From the NCBI RefSeq assembly GCF_947568905.1, contig NC_079172.1:59520001-59584000 (forward strand): 64,000 nt of DNA, in the 5' to 3' direction. Source of the stretch: Ostrea edulis (taxonomy: Eukaryota). A program made the translations under genes and the position numbers. The stretch's first letter is position 1; each line of letters begins with the position of its first letter. Below, piece by piece: positions 62,276 to 64,000 of the stretch. A model generated the notes under the pieces. The model saw only the letters and a list, made by a program, of their open reading frames with translations. It had not been told where the DNA came from and made no database searches.

Positions 62276-64000
62276 CTACGCGGTATTTTCGAAAATAAAT
62301 TACCCGCAAACAACACTACCCTCAAATCCACCTGTTTTTCACATGTGTGTAAACAGCCGGAGTGCACCTCAGAAAGTAACCTCAGCTACCAACAGCAAAT
62401 ATTTCCTTTGTATACACTTGGTTATTTCTACAAATTACACAAAATTTCCTAATCAGGAGTACAAAAATTAAGAGAAAAGAAGAAGGGGAAATGAGAAAAA
62501 GTGCAGAAGGAAAAAAACTATTTCTTTAAATATATGGAACTACAATTGACTAATCTCATTTTGATTGGACAATTACCGGTGTGATACCTGAAAGGAGGAA
62601 TAATCAATACTTTTTTAAGGACATATACAGCTGTTCATTATGTTTATGTTTAGCATATTTAAATTTGTTGATAATATACCGTAGATAAAATGTTAGTTTT
62701 ACTCCGTGATAAATAAATATGTATTTTGTGTACATGCTTTACATGATGTTGATTTACATGTAATTAACGTTTACCATCTTTTGGTCATACATGCGATTTC
62801 GAACTACTTCTTCAGAAAAAAGAAAGCAATTCATGTCGGAGGGAACCAGCATTTATTTATTATTCAGTTTGCGCTGCACCTGAAAAGAAAGTAGGAACAA
62901 TCAATACTTTTAAGGACACATACAGCTGTTCATTTATTTGTGATAACATTATATTAATATTAAGTATGCAAAGCTATCATAAAAATACATGCGTGTAAAT
63001 CTGCACAAAATACCAGACAATTTACAGACCAAATCAATTCATTCATATTCAATTCATTGACATACCTACTAGACTATTTTTCACTAAATACAAAGGAAAG
63101 GTATTACTTAGTAAACATAATAATTTGATTACTTTAATACACGTCCGGTTGCAGTGGTTGCTTGATAGCAATGCCCTCTGTATCAACTTTCTTGCTGTCT
63201 ACTTATTTCTGAAAGAAAAACCTAAGCTACTTGTTTACATAAATTAATACCCCACTGCATCCACTTATGGAACTTCCTCCAATGACCTACAGTTTTGCAG
63301 TTACTCCCCCTACACGGTAAGTTGGGGGCACGCTTACGATTTCGATCCTAAGCTTCACATAAATAGTATTAACAAATAGACTATAGTAAAGCTTACGTTA
63401 CCAAATTCTATAGTATACAAGTTTTAACAGGTTGTATTATATCTATGACAAAAACAAGGTTTAATTTCTTCGAAGTTTGGCGAAAACTTTTAAAAGTATG
63501 CACTTTGTCAAATTGTAGAGTGGGGGGGGGGGGTATAGGTGGATGTAGTATTTGACATTTATGTCCGTACAAATTATGCAATTAAAACCGGGGAGTTGAA
63601 TAGCAAACTGTTTTAAAAACAACAGACGCCTAGAATTAAAAGCCACAATGAAAACATGTGATACCATCAGGCACGTAGCATCGTAGGGGGGGGGGGGTAC
63701 TCCATAATATTGCCTAAAATTTATTGACTAGTAAATACCCCATCCCCCCAAAGAAATAATCCAAAGGTCGAGGAGGAAGGCTGCAAGGGTTGATTTTTCA
63801 GTTCCATTCATGGGTTAAATTTTACTCTTCCACTACCATTTACAACAATCCTTTTTTTAATAGGGGTGGGGGGGGGGGGCAGCCTATCCTGCACGTTAAA
63901 AAACCCCAAGTTTGTATGTAATAATAAGAGGAGGCAGACCCATTGTTGTTAGGTGCCTGATGATTGTTTTTGTGCTCATTTAAGTAATTGGAAATGCAAA

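Larger units (their letters stand above)
22950..64000 (+). repeat. Tandem array of six related units: A1 ~22950-32100, B1 ~32418-40190, C ~40225-46575, A2 (partial) ~46640-49070, B2 ~49458-56300, A3 ~56400-64000+
   Basis: Shared colinear markers, e.g. ATGATGGCGTGTTGTT at ~23188, 33346, 40518, 47013, 50437 and 56793; GGGCCTGG block at ~24590, 35101, 42238, 48618 and 58390; GAAGCAGTTTTTAA at ~30417, 39885, 46068 and 55755. Confidence 0.92.

Noticed and set aside
1-64000. CRISPR arrays, rRNA or bona fide tRNA genes
   Set aside because: Eukaryotic repeat-rich DNA; no regularly spaced repeat-spacer array, no rRNA signature, and only a SINE-like tRNA-derived head at 15281-15350.

Overview
AT-rich (intergenic/intronic) animal DNA, very likely an oyster of the Crassostrea/Magallana type. 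This is an inference from a ~163-bp HindIII satellite inside a Helentron and from typical bivalve Penelope-like and SINE fragments. No complete intact protein-coding gene is visible, and most ORF-track calls are artefacts of repeats. Bases 1-22.9 kb are a nested transposon graveyard: Helentron, Harbinger, DIRS-like tyrosine recombinase, L1/Tx1 LINE, piggyBac, Penelope-like elements and MITEs. This part also holds a duplicated, decayed LRR/LRRCT-coding segment (9.3-13.5 kb vs 19.5-22.5 kb). Bases 22.9-64 kb are a tandem array of six 2.5-9 kb units (types A-B-C-A-B-A). Five units carry one symmetric 72-bp LRR exon and the units contain decayed LRR (possibly TLR-like) reading frames. The two most notable observations are: (1) a 470-bp, TSD-flanked retrozyme-like element with two minimal type I hammerhead ribozyme motifs 337 nt apart, three dispersed copies of it, and a second unrelated hammerhead family; (2) the LRR cassette-exon array, whose amino-acid variation falls mostly at predicted concave-face positions while splice donors are differentially lost. 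All alignments and folds were done by eye, so boundaries other than TSD/TIR/splice-defined ones are approximate.
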